Shown: one piece after another, positions 44,574-53,587 of the stretch
Position numbering within the stretch: position 1 is the stretch's first letter
Layout of the letters: each line of letters opens with the position of its first letter
NCBI GenBank assembly: GCA_964483665.1
Contig: CAZACP010000001.1
Span: 6,358-70,357 of the forward strand
Length of the DNA: 64,000 bases
Source: an uncultured Candidatus Saccharibacteria bacterium
Lineage (GTDB): Bacteria; Patescibacteriota; Doudnabacteria; UBA920
Reading direction: 5' to 3'
Program-made: the position numbers and the translations under genes
Notes under the pieces: generated by a model
Told to the model about the DNA's origin: nothing
The model's database searches: none
What the model saw: only the letters and a program-made list of their open reading frames with translations

Positions 44574-45548
44574 TTATGGGCACTTGCCTTTTAAATCTAT
44601 GTGCAAATGAAAACTTTGGTCTCTGTCTCTGCCCGGGTTTATGCGATCCTCGGTAATACCAGCCTGTTTTGCTGCGTTATAAATAGCTTCACCAACCGGA
44701 CGGCCTTTGTGAGCTTTAATGTCATAAAAACCGCTTCCCAGCCTGTCGCTAAAGTCTACGGCGCAGCCAAGTTGGTGCTGAGAGCCTTTTGATTCTCTCC
44801 TTACAGTTGAACTAACCTGAGGCTTGCTTCCGCTTTGCGAAGCCACGGAACAAATTTGCAAAAGTTTTTGCCACATAGGCGCGGCCAAATTAGGCAGCTC
44901 GTTGCGCGGCCTGTCTTCGCTGGTTATAGTACAGCCCGCGGCTTCTAATTGCGCAATGCTTCCGCCGGCTGAACCGGTTATAGGGGTTGTAACCTGGGCT
45001 GAAGCTGGGATTTGGGCTGCCGGAGGTTCTCCGGTTTCTGCTTCCGGCGGCTCTGCCGTATCTAAAACTACACTCGGCGGCTGTATAGGCCTAAACTTAA
45101 TCAGGTCTGGGTTTAAAGCTTTAAGTAGAATATAGCCGGCAAACAAAATAACTAAAGAAGTAACTGTGCTGGCTAATATGCTTTTAGCTTTGTCTACAGA
45201 TTCCTGGTTGCCACCGGCTCCAATATACAAATATCCGGCAATCACTATAAAAAATACGCCGACTACAGCAGCTGTCACTATGGCAAACCTATACAGCCTG
45301 TTTATGCAGTTATATAAATCACCGCTGGCTTTGTTGTTATTAGCTGAATACTCGACCTGGCTGCCGGTAAAATTTGTTTGTTTTGGGTCGGGATCCGAAG
45401 GAGCACATAAATATTGTTTTATTTGAGCTCCAACTCCGGCTGTGGTGTAATCTGCGCTGCCGGAAGTAGTGTTTTGGGCAAAGGCAAGGTTAACCCAAGC
45501 CGTAAGGGTGTAAAAGAATATTGTTACAACAAGAATCTTTTTAAGCAT
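44574..45548 (-). CDS. Fusion protein: the same pilin-type N-terminal module plus a peptidase M15A (YcbK/MepK-like, LAS zinc peptidase) C-terminal domain
   Basis: SQHQLGCAVDFS ... DQSFHLHID matches the HxxGxAxD / HxH zinc-binding motifs of M15 peptidases. Confidence 0.65.
   Translation of the reverse strand: MLKKILVVTIFFYTLTAWVNLAFAQNTTSGSADYTTAGVGAQIKQYLCAPSDPDPKQTNFTGSQVEYSANNNKASGDLYNCINRLYRFAIVTAAVVGVFFIVIAGYLYIGAGGNQESVDKAKSILASTVTSLVILFAGYILLKALNPDLIKFRPIQPPSVVLDTAEPPEAETGEPPAAQIPASAQVTTPITGSAGGSIAQLEAAGCTITSEDRPRNELPNLAAPMWQKLLQICSVASQSGSKPQVSSTVRRESKGSQHQLGCAVDFSDRLGSGFYDIKAHKGRPVGEAIYNAAKQAGITEDRINPGRDRDQSFHLHIDLKGKCP
45070..45328. repeat. Direct repeat, copy A
   Basis: See 44052..44310. 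Confidence 0.85.
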
Positions 45549-45587
45549 TATTTATTGCGCTGAAAGATACGAAATTATAGCTAAAAA

Positions 45588-46955
45588 TTACTCTAAAAAG
45601 TTTAAAGGATTATAGGTATAGCCGTAAGGCAAACGATATGAGCCATAAATATTTTGGTATGCGCCGTCTTTAACCCCAAAACCTTCCTGGTCATATACGC
45701 CAAAGTGCAAGTGGTATCCCCTCTCTGGGCCGTAAAGTTTTTTGGTAGTATTGCCGGTATTGCCCTCGTAACCTATAAGGTCGCCTTGGCTGACTTTTTG
45801 TCCTGGGCTGACTTTAATTGTGCGCAAATGGGCGTAAACCGTAATTATTCCGGCAGAGCCGTTTTTAGTTGAAATATTGTGCTTTATCGCCACCCAGTTA
45901 CCATAAGAAGCGTCCGATTTGTCGGTATAAGCCACTTCCCCGCCGGCTGCCGCGTATATTGGCGAACCTGCCGGCGCGGCTATGTCTATGCCGTTGTGGA
46001 AGTTGTAGCCTAAAGCGCGAAACCCGGTATTGCCGTATTTTTGGGTTAATATGCCGTCCAGCGGCCAGGCCAATACGCCTTTTTTAGCCGCAATAGTTTT
46101 GTTTCCAAGTTTTGCTCTTACCTGTTCGTCTAGCTTGGAAATTTCCTCTTCTAACTTGTCGGCCTCGTTTTTGCTGACGGCTAAAAGTTTTTGGAAGTTG
46201 CTTTCAATGCCTCTGGTTTGGTTTAAAAGTTTTTGTTTGTCGTTTCGCTGCTGGGTAAGCGAATTTTGAACCTGTTCAAGCTCTAATTTTAATTCGTTTA
46301 AGCTGGCTAATTGAGCTTGCAAGTCTTTTTGTTGAGCTTCTAAGCGAGCCTTAAGCTGCTTAATTTTTTGCATGATTTGATAGACTTTGTCGTTATAGCT
46401 TTGGGTGTACTGAACCTGGTCTAAGAAACTCGAAAAACTGTCCGCTCCGACTGTGGTTTTTAAAAGATACTCGTTGTCAAACTCGTTTAACTGCCTTATA
46501 AGCTCTGAAAGTATTTTTTTGTTGTCGGAAATTTCTTTAATTTTTTGCTCTATAAGCTTTTGCAGAATTTCTATTTGGGTTTGGGTGTCGTCTATTTGGG
46601 TTTGTTTGGCTTCTATTTGCAGTTCCGTTTGCGCGATTTCTTTTTCAAAAATGCTAATTTCGCTTTTTAAAGTGTTGGATTTGTTGCGGGCATCAGAAAT
46701 TTGCTGGGTAAAACTTTTGATTTGCGAGTTTATTAACTCCAGCTTTTTTTGAGTTTCGCTTTTTTTGGTGTTTAACTGGTCAACCTCTGCCTTGCTTTGT
46801 TCCTGAGCGTTTAGCTCTGTATTTTCCGGAGTTTGGGCATAGGAAAAACTTGCTGCCAACAAAAAAATAATTGCCAAAAAAATTGATTTTGTATTTTTAT
46901 TTTTTTGAGTCAAAATCATTGAAGATATTATACCAGATTTATAAATAAAAAGCAT
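45588..46955 (-). CDS. M23/LytM peptidoglycan endopeptidase with a long N-terminal coiled coil (EnvC-like architecture, active-site residues present)
   Basis: HNGIDIAAPAGSPIYAAAGG...YAHL...GYHLHFGVY; about 250 aa of Q/E/K-rich heptad sequence. Confidence 0.85.
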   Translation of the reverse strand: MLFIYKSGIISSMILTQKNKNTKSIFLAIIFLLAASFSYAQTPENTELNAQEQSKAEVDQLNTKKSETQKKLELINSQIKSFTQQISDARNKSNTLKSEISIFEKEIAQTELQIEAKQTQIDDTQTQIEILQKLIEQKIKEISDNKKILSELIRQLNEFDNEYLLKTTVGADSFSSFLDQVQYTQSYNDKVYQIMQKIKQLKARLEAQQKDLQAQLASLNELKLELEQVQNSLTQQRNDKQKLLNQTRGIESNFQKLLAVSKNEADKLEEEISKLDEQVRAKLGNKTIAAKKGVLAWPLDGILTQKYGNTGFRALGYNFHNGIDIAAPAGSPIYAAAGGEVAYTDKSDASYGNWVAIKHNISTKNGSAGIITVYAHLRTIKVSPGQKVSQGDLIGYEGNTGNTTKKLYGPERGYHLHFGVYDQEGFGVKDGAYQNIYGSYRLPYGYTYNPLNFLE

Positions 46956-46996
46956 CTTTTTTCAAAAATGCTTTTTAAATAATTTGTTTTATTTTC

Positions 46997-48493
46997 TTAA
47001 AGTTTTTCTGCTGCAAACTTAAGCCTTTTTATAATTTCTGCCTTACCCAGGCCAATAAACATTGCGCTTAAAACTTCGAACGGGCTGGGGCTTTTTTCAG
47101 CCCCGGTTAAAGCAGCTCTTAGGGGCCACAAAACTGAGCCGTTATCGTAATTGTTTGTTGTTATAAATTCCTTAATTTTTATTTCCGCGTTTGCTTGTTT
47201 AAAATCTTCATCTGTAAAGGAACTTATTAATTCCACTAATTTTCCTAATACAGCCTTGGTTTTTTCTTTGTCAGACTTTTTCCAAACTAAGAGTCCGCCG
47301 TCGTAATCGGGCGCTGCAAAAAAATACCGAGTCCTTTCCCCTATTTCTGAAAGTTTTTTTAAGCGTTCTTTTTCTAAGTTTGCCACTGCTTCCAGATAAC
47401 CCGGAGGGTATTTTTCTGTTTCTACTCCGGCTGTTTGCCAGTAAGGTAATAAATTTTTTACCAAACTTTCGTTGTTTAAATTTTTTATATATTGCCCGTT
47501 AAGCCAGTCCAGTTTGGCGGTGTCAAAAACCGCGCCTGATTTGTTTACTTTGCTTAAATCAAACTGCTGAATTAAATCTTCCAGGCTAAAAATTTCCTGC
47601 TCGGTTTTTGGGTTCCAGCCCAAGAAAGCTACAAAATTTAAAAGCGCTTCTTTTAAATAGCCTTTTTGCAAAAAGTCTTCTACGCTTACATCGCCTTGGC
47701 GCTTGGAAAGTTTAGATTTGTCCGGGTTTAAAATTAAGGGCAAATGCGCAAAGGCCGTTGGCTTGTAGCCTAATGCCTGGTAAATTAGCAAATGTTTTGG
47801 AGTTGAGGGCAGCCATTCCTCGCCCCTTATAACGTGAGTAATTTGCATTTCGTGGTCGTCAACCACCACGGCTAAATGGTAAGTCGGAAACCCGTCGGAT
47901 TTTATAATTACCTGGTCGTCTAAAATTTTATGATCGTATTTTACGTCGCCGTAAATTAAGTCATTTACCACGGTTTCGCCTTCTAAGGGTATGGCAAAAC
48001 GAACCACTGGTTTTTTGCCCAAGGCGTTAAATTCGTCGGTCTGTTTTTTTATTTCTTCTTCGCTTAAATTTCTGCAGTGCCTGTCATACATCGGCGGTTT
48101 TTTTAGCGCGGTTTGTTCTTTGCGCAAATCTTCTAAGCGGGCTTCGCTGCAAAAACAATAGTAAGCTTTTTTTTCGGTAATTAATTTTTGCGCTGCCTCT
48201 TGGTATTTTTTTAAACGTTTAGATTGCAAATACGGCCCAAACTCTCCCCTCTCGCCCAGGCTGCCGTCTTCTTTTAAATAAAAACCTTCGTCAAATTCTA
48301 TTCCTACCTCTTTCATTACCTTCAGTAAATTTTCCACGGCGCCTTGTACTTGCCTGCTTTGGTCGGTGTCTTCAATTCTTAAAACGTGCGTTCCGTTGTT
48401 ATGCCTGGCAAAGAGGTAGGAAAAAAGCGCGGTTCTTAAAGAACCTATGTGTACAAAACCGGTTGGACTGGGAGCGAAACGAGTGCGAACCAT
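46997..48493 (-). CDS. gltX: Glutamyl-tRNA synthetase
   Basis: MVRTRFAPSPTGFVHIGSLRTALF... HIGH-type; KLSKR (KMSKS) motif. Confidence 0.95.
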   Translation of the reverse strand: MVRTRFAPSPTGFVHIGSLRTALFSYLFARHNNGTHVLRIEDTDQSRQVQGAVENLLKVMKEVGIEFDEGFYLKEDGSLGERGEFGPYLQSKRLKKYQEAAQKLITEKKAYYCFCSEARLEDLRKEQTALKKPPMYDRHCRNLSEEEIKKQTDEFNALGKKPVVRFAIPLEGETVVNDLIYGDVKYDHKILDDQVIIKSDGFPTYHLAVVVDDHEMQITHVIRGEEWLPSTPKHLLIYQALGYKPTAFAHLPLILNPDKSKLSKRQGDVSVEDFLQKGYLKEALLNFVAFLGWNPKTEQEIFSLEDLIQQFDLSKVNKSGAVFDTAKLDWLNGQYIKNLNNESLVKNLLPYWQTAGVETEKYPPGYLEAVANLEKERLKKLSEIGERTRYFFAAPDYDGGLLVWKKSDKEKTKAVLGKLVELISSFTDEDFKQANAEIKIKEFITTNNYDNGSVLWPLRAALTGAEKSPSPFEVLSAMFIGLGKAEIIKRLKFAAEKL

Positions 48494-48536
48494 AAAGTAA
48501 ATGACAAAAATTAAATAATTGACAAAAATGACAAAA

Positions 48537-48890
48537 TTATTCCCAAACTAAAGTTAATATTAGACCAATAAATCCTAAAATTAAACCGGCTATTGCGCCT
48601 TTAGTTGGGAGTTGGTGGGAAACGTAATAAGTCATTAGTGGTTCGGCAACCAAAATTGAGGTTATGGAAATTACTGTTACTATCCAAATATTTTTAAATG
48701 CTCTTAATCCAAACATATAGCCGCACAAAAGCATAAAGGTGCTAACTAAAGCAAAAAGCACGACTTTCCCGATTACCGGCCAAAAAGGTTTTTGTTCTGT
48801 ATAAAATAAACGAGCTGAAAGAACCTCAGCGTAAATTATAAGAGCTTCGCCAACAAACAGTACCAGACTGGAAATAATTTTTTGATACAT
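48537..48890 (-). CDS. Small 4-TM membrane protein (SMR/ArnE-ArnF-like fold?)
   Basis: 117 aa with four hydrophobic segments; next to the TagA-like glycosyltransferase. Confidence 0.4.
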   Translation of the reverse strand: MYQKIISSLVLFVGEALIIYAEVLSARLFYTEQKPFWPVIGKVVLFALVSTFMLLCGYMFGLRAFKNIWIVTVISITSILVAEPLMTYYVSHQLPTKGAIAGLILGFIGLILTLVWE

Positions 48891-48899
48891 ATTTTGCCA

Positions 48900-50243
48900 T
48901 TATATTATAGCTTTTTCGAGCATTTCTTTCAAATCATTTTGTACAATTTTGGCCAAAGTTTCTCTTTCGGGATGTACTTGTGAATTGAGTTCTTGGATAC
49001 TCGCCCATTTAAAACCTATAAACTCTTTTTGATCCATTTGAATTTCAGTGTCTGAACCTAAAAATTTTAAATAAACTATGGTTTGTTTTTGCCCGCAGTT
49101 TTTATGGTTTCTGTTTTTAAACAGTTTGCGAAGCGCGTTGTTCCAATAATAGATGTTTGTTTTGTCGGAAATTTTAATTAGGTCTAAATTTTTTATACCT
49201 GTTTCTTCAAAAGCTTCCCGCTTGGCCGCGGCAGTTGTCTCCTCTCCTTTGTCTATACCGCCTTGTGGCAACTGCCAGTAGTTTTTTTGTTTAAGTCTTT
49301 CTTCGGAATTAATCAGATCTATATAAAAATCTTTGGGGCTTCTTTCGCCGATTAAAACTTTATTTTCTTTATTTAAAATTACCACAGCCACGTTTTGCCT
49401 AAGCGGGTAGCTGTTAAAAATTTTATACCTCATTAGCATGGCTATAAGCCCAAAAGTCGCGTTAAAAATGCGCCTTAGCCTATATGGCTGGGTTATTAGC
49501 CTAAATAGCCATTCTAAACCCATTTTACGCACAAATTTGGGCGGATTTAGGCGCTTTTTGGCAATATAGTCAAAAGTACCGCCCAGGCCAATTGCCAATT
49601 TTACGGGCAAATTTTTAAGGTTGGCCTGTATCCAGGCCTCCTGTTTAATTGGCCCGTAGGCTACAAATAATATGTCAGGTGAAGCTTTTTTTATGTCTTC
49701 GTATATGGTAGGATCTTCCGGATTCTTACCCGAGAAACCGGCAATACGGAGGCCGGGATATTTTGTTATTAAAATATTCGAAACTAGTTTTGGAGTATTT
49801 CCAAAACCGCCTAAAAGGTAAATTGAAAAATTATTTTCTTCAGCCATTTTGGCAATATCCCAAATCAGCTCTGAACCCGGAATGGTTTCAAAATCCCTTT
49901 TTTTAAATAAAAGTTTTAATAGAGTTAGCTTTATTTGCCAAAGGCTTTGTAAAATTTTTCCCAAATACGATTTTGCGGTAAGCGGCAAATTTAAAAATTT
50001 ATGCGCCCAAAAAATTCCTATGCCGTCTGGCACGGCAATATCCGCCTGGTTTAGCATTGTCATAACCCTAGGGTCCTTTAGGGCCGCATACAAAAATTCC
50101 GAGTAAACAGTGGTTACCCAGGTTTGTTGATTTAAAGCTATACGATTTTTTAACTTATCGATAAGTTCTGATTTGGGCAGAGTATCGATTTTAAGTCCCG
50201 CAACGTCTATTTTATGCATAAGAAAATTATACCTATTTACCAT
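48900..50243 (-). CDS. WecB/TagA/CpsF-family glycosyltransferase fused to a C-terminal Nudix hydrolase domain
   Basis: N-terminal TagA-like fold; C-terminal Nudix box GGIDKGEETTAAAKREAFEETGI. Confidence 0.7.
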   Translation of the reverse strand: MVNRYNFLMHKIDVAGLKIDTLPKSELIDKLKNRIALNQQTWVTTVYSEFLYAALKDPRVMTMLNQADIAVPDGIGIFWAHKFLNLPLTAKSYLGKILQSLWQIKLTLLKLLFKKRDFETIPGSELIWDIAKMAEENNFSIYLLGGFGNTPKLVSNILITKYPGLRIAGFSGKNPEDPTIYEDIKKASPDILFVAYGPIKQEAWIQANLKNLPVKLAIGLGGTFDYIAKKRLNPPKFVRKMGLEWLFRLITQPYRLRRIFNATFGLIAMLMRYKIFNSYPLRQNVAVVILNKENKVLIGERSPKDFYIDLINSEERLKQKNYWQLPQGGIDKGEETTAAAKREAFEETGIKNLDLIKISDKTNIYYWNNALRKLFKNRNHKNCGQKQTIVYLKFLGSDTEIQMDQKEFIGFKWASIQELNSQVHPERETLAKIVQNDLKEMLEKAII

Positions 50244-50353
50244 TGACTTTTCAATACAAATAAGGTATATTTAGGTGTTTTCTGTCTGAAGCTTGCTTTA
50301 GGTAAAAAACCGTACGATGAATTTCGTTACGAACCTATGTTGGAGGAAAAACT

Positions 50354-50737
50354 GTGACTTCAAAAAGAGTTCTAACAGCTCTTGAGTCTCAACAGGTTAG
50401 TGCAATGGCTCAAGCTATTGTTACTATTCGTTCAATCAACTTCAGCTTACTACTACAAGTAGGAACTGAATTTGACCTCATGCTTGCATCGCTGTATCCT
50501 TTTGGTATCTTGGGGGTTATGGCTGTGATGCAAAGCTCGATGTCGGGTGAAAGTCGTAAGGCTTTTTACGTGCACCTGATGTCCGGACTGCCGTATTACT
50601 ATACCAGTTTTGGCGACATCGTAAGGTGCGTATTCGGTGGAGACGAAATAGCGGCAAGGCAGGCCTTGGCAATAGGTCAGGAAATTCTGGAACTTGCCCC
50701 ACAGCATTTTCCGGAATTACGTAGGATTGGGTTGTAG
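50354..50737 (+). CDS. Orphan GC-richer protein, GTG start with perfect SD (ggaggaaaaactGTG)
   Basis: 127 aa; no family recognised. Confidence 0.4.
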   Translation: MTSKRVLTALESQQVSAMAQAIVTIRSINFSLLLQVGTEFDLMLASLYPFGILGVMAVMQSSMSGESRKAFYVHLMSGLPYYYTSFGDIVRCVFGGDEIAARQALAIGQEILELAPQHFPELRRIGL

Positions 50738-50807
50738 TAATAGAATAAGATCCTGTTTTAGATTTATGTCCGGTATAAAATATAATAAAATTATTAGGTA
50801 AAAATAT

Positions 50808-50850
50808 AAAACCGCTACGGGACCAGCGGTAAGCAAGTTAAGGTCCTTTT
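50808..50850 (+). terminator. Alternative hairpins (ccgct...agcgg / ggacc...ggtcc) plus T-rich tail
   Basis: Read from the sequence. Confidence 0.4.
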
Positions 50851-50898
50851 AAATTTGCCAAATTATTCAAAAGTGCTAAAATCAGCTATAATATTTGT

Positions 50899-51177
50899 AT
50901 GGAAAGTTTAGGAAATATTGCTAAATTTAGCAAAAAAACATCTGCGAAAGTAAAACCAAATAGTCACCTCCACTCCCCCGCCCACTTGCTCGCAGACGAA
51001 CTGTGCCAGAAATTTAACGACAAAAAGCATTTTGCTTTTTATTTAAAAATGGCCGTACTTTACGACCATAATTATTTAAGAAACCTCGCGGGGCAAATTT
51101 TGGAAAGCAAGACTGTTCAAACCCCGGGCAAACTTTTTGCTTATTTGATTAAGAAAAACAACTTGGAAATGAAATAA
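50899..51177 (+). CDS. Hypothetical protein
   Basis: 92-aa ORF; an acidic ~52-aa ORF follows at 51181. Confidence 0.35.
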   Translation: MESLGNIAKFSKKTSAKVKPNSHLHSPAHLLADELCQKFNDKKHFAFYLKMAVLYDHNYLRNLAGQILESKTVQTPGKLFAYLIKKNNLEMK

Positions 51178-51401
51178 TTTATGGAAAAACAGGGTAATAA
51201 AGAATCTGAAAACCGAGAGACGAAAGGGCATAATTATGAATCTGACATGGATTTTGCCGATCCGTTTGAAGAAGAATTTTCGGCTCCTTCTGACCCATTC
51301 AGCCCACCTGATCTAGAAATTAAAGGAAAAAAAGAGTAACTGCAGTCGGTAGTATGTTGCATGTTAACGCAAAATTTTACTACTTACTACTTACTACTAC
51401 C

Positions 51402-51887
51402 ATGATTTTGCCAATAAAAAAACACCCGGATCCAGTGCTTAGGGCTAAAACAGAGCCAGTGGTTTTTCCTTTGTCTCCACAAATAGAGAAATTAACCAAA
51501 GATATGTTTGACACAGTAAAGGCCGCAGACGGTATCGGGCTTGCCGCGCCGCAGGTCGGCAAGAGTGTAAAATTAATTGTCATAAACTTGGAAAAATCCG
51601 GCGTTCCTTTGTTCGCGCTTTACAACCCGCGCATTAAGTCAAAAGGATTTAGAAAAGTGGAAATAGAAGAAGGCTGTCTTTCTTTGCCGGGAATTTACGG
51701 TATGGTTAAGCGGCCAAAAAAAGTTATTATAGAAGCCCAAAACCACAAGGGAGAAAAAATTCTAATTCGCGACGACGGCTGGGTTTCCAGGGTTGCCCAG
51801 CATGAAATAGACCACATAAACGGAATTTTAATAATAGACCTTATAAAGAAATACACAAAGGGAGAAAATTTACTAAATACGAATTAA
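51402..51887 (+). CDS. def: Peptide deformylase
   Basis: GIGLAAPQVG, EGCLSLPG and HEIDHING motifs; the upstream tacttactac words are intergenic. Confidence 0.9.
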   Translation: MILPIKKHPDPVLRAKTEPVVFPLSPQIEKLTKDMFDTVKAADGIGLAAPQVGKSVKLIVINLEKSGVPLFALYNPRIKSKGFRKVEIEEGCLSLPGIYGMVKRPKKVIIEAQNHKGEKILIRDDGWVSRVAQHEIDHINGILIIDLIKKYTKGENLLNTN

Positions 51888-51950
51888 TACGAATATACTA
51901 ATTTTGTTCCCATTCGTATATTAGTAAGTATTAGTATTTTGGTAAAAAAT

Positions 51951-52490
51951 ATGAAGTTTATAAAAGACCTTTTATTTTTCGAAATTAGCACTACCGGGCC
52001 GGATTTAGACAAAGACAACATTATTCAGCTTTCCGCCGTGCTTATAGACAAAGACAACCTTTTGGAAAAGGATTTTTTTAATTCCTATATCCGCATAAGC
52101 TATTTAGACAGTTTGCTTTTGGCGCATTCAAAGTTGCTAAATATAGACTATGAAAAAATGAAGAAAAGCCCAAAGCCACCCGAGGCTTTAAAGGCTTTTC
52201 ACAACAAGTTTAACCCGGCTTTAATTTTACTGGCCACCCAGAGCACCAGCAATATTTTGTTTTTAAAATCGGCTTTTAGAAAAGTCCTTTTGCCTTTTGA
52301 CTACAACCAGCACTCCTTAGACCTGTGGACTTTGGGCTACGTTTACACTTTAAATTACGGTCTTAAAAAAATGCCTTCTTTACATACTTTTGTCGAGTAT
52401 TTTAAACTTAAGCAGCACTACCCTTACGACGCGCTTGAAAAAGCCCGTCTTGAGGCGGAAATTTTTAGAAAAATAATTAAAGAAGTGTAA
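51951..52490 (+). CDS. DnaQ-like 3'-5' exonuclease paralog with degenerate catalytic motifs
   Basis: Exo I FFEISTTG (D and E not conserved) and Y instead of H in Exo III (YDALEKAR). Confidence 0.55.
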   Translation: MKFIKDLLFFEISTTGPDLDKDNIIQLSAVLIDKDNLLEKDFFNSYIRISYLDSLLLAHSKLLNIDYEKMKKSPKPPEALKAFHNKFNPALILLATQSTSNILFLKSAFRKVLLPFDYNQHSLDLWTLGYVYTLNYGLKKMPSLHTFVEYFKLKQHYPYDALEKARLEAEIFRKIIKEV

Positions 52491-52586
52491 CCCATTCGAA
52501 CCTGCGAATTAATCCGAATAATCCTTATACTTATGTATTTAGACTTCGGGTCATTCGGATGTTGTTCGGATATTAGGAGCGCTACT

Positions 52587-53141
52587 ATGAATTTTCACAA
52601 AGATTTATTACTCATTGATCTAGAAACCACCGGACTTGATGCGTCTCGTCAGGAAATTATTCAGTTGTCCGCTATACTGCTGGACAAGAAAACTTTAAAG
52701 GAAAAAAGTTTTTTTAATGCTTATGCAAAACCTGTTAAATGGGCGCAAAGAAACAAAGAGTCTATGAGAATAAACGGCATAAAAAAGGAATGGCTTAACG
52801 CCGCTCCGTCGCTTAGCAGCGTTTTAAAGGAATTTAACAAAAAGTTTAATGCCTCAGAAGTTATTTTGAGTTACTATGGCGGGCCGGTGGATATGGATTT
52901 TTTGCGCGCCGCATACTATAAGCACAAAATAAAATGGCAGTTCGATTACCATTATTTTAACCTTTGGGCGTATTTTTACGCGGTACTGGCTGGAAAAAAT
53001 CAACTTAAAAACAAAAAAAAGTTTACCGGTTTTAGTTTGGAAGATTTAATGAAGAAATTTAAAATAAAGTCCCAAAGCCGGCATGACGGCTTAGAGGATT
53101 GTCGGATTGAGGCGGAGGTTTTGAGAAAATTAATAAAATAA
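52587..53141 (+). CDS. DnaQ-like DEDDh 3'-5' exonuclease (intact motifs)
   Basis: Exo I IDLETTG; Exo III HDGLEDC. Confidence 0.7.
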   Translation: MNFHKDLLLIDLETTGLDASRQEIIQLSAILLDKKTLKEKSFFNAYAKPVKWAQRNKESMRINGIKKEWLNAAPSLSSVLKEFNKKFNASEVILSYYGGPVDMDFLRAAYYKHKIKWQFDYHYFNLWAYFYAVLAGKNQLKNKKKFTGFSLEDLMKKFKIKSQSRHDGLEDCRIEAEVLRKLIK

Positions 53142-53251
53142 TTTTGTCTACTTGTATTTTTTATTTCTGTAGATATTTGGATAAAAAAATATTCGGGATC
53201 CAGAAGCCTAGGGGTTTAGGCTGTCGGATCCCGAAATTAGCATGGTCGAGC

Positions 53252-53587
53252 TTATTTTAAGTCTTTCCCGAACAGCCACTCGACTGGCAGTGTCCAATCT
53301 TGCGGCCTATCATCTTCTGGAACCGCCCCTTCTTCCGGCTGGAATTGTCCAACAGTGAATCCCAGACCTTTCGTGTATTCCTCGATAGCGTTTGCCTCCT
53401 CTGGTGTCAGAGCTTCCAACTCTACATTTGCGTGCATATACCCTAGGGCTGCTGCTTCGCGAAGTTGGGGGCGGACCACGGTTCGGTAATACTTGCTTGG
53501 ATTTTTGCTGAACGCTTCTTCTCTAGCTTTCAATGATTTGTATCCGCGCAAGCTGAGTCCGCGTATACTTCTCAGCTGATTTGTCAT
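53252..53587 (-). CDS. Orphan GC-rich small protein with a perfect SD (aaggagtgagtgATG)
   Basis: Sits between the exonuclease pair and fmt; no family recognised. Confidence 0.45.
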   Translation of the reverse strand: MTNQLRSIRGLSLRGYKSLKAREEAFSKNPSKYYRTVVRPQLREAAALGYMHANVELEALTPEEANAIEEYTKGLGFTVGQFQPEEGAVPEDDRPQDWTLPVEWLFGKDLK

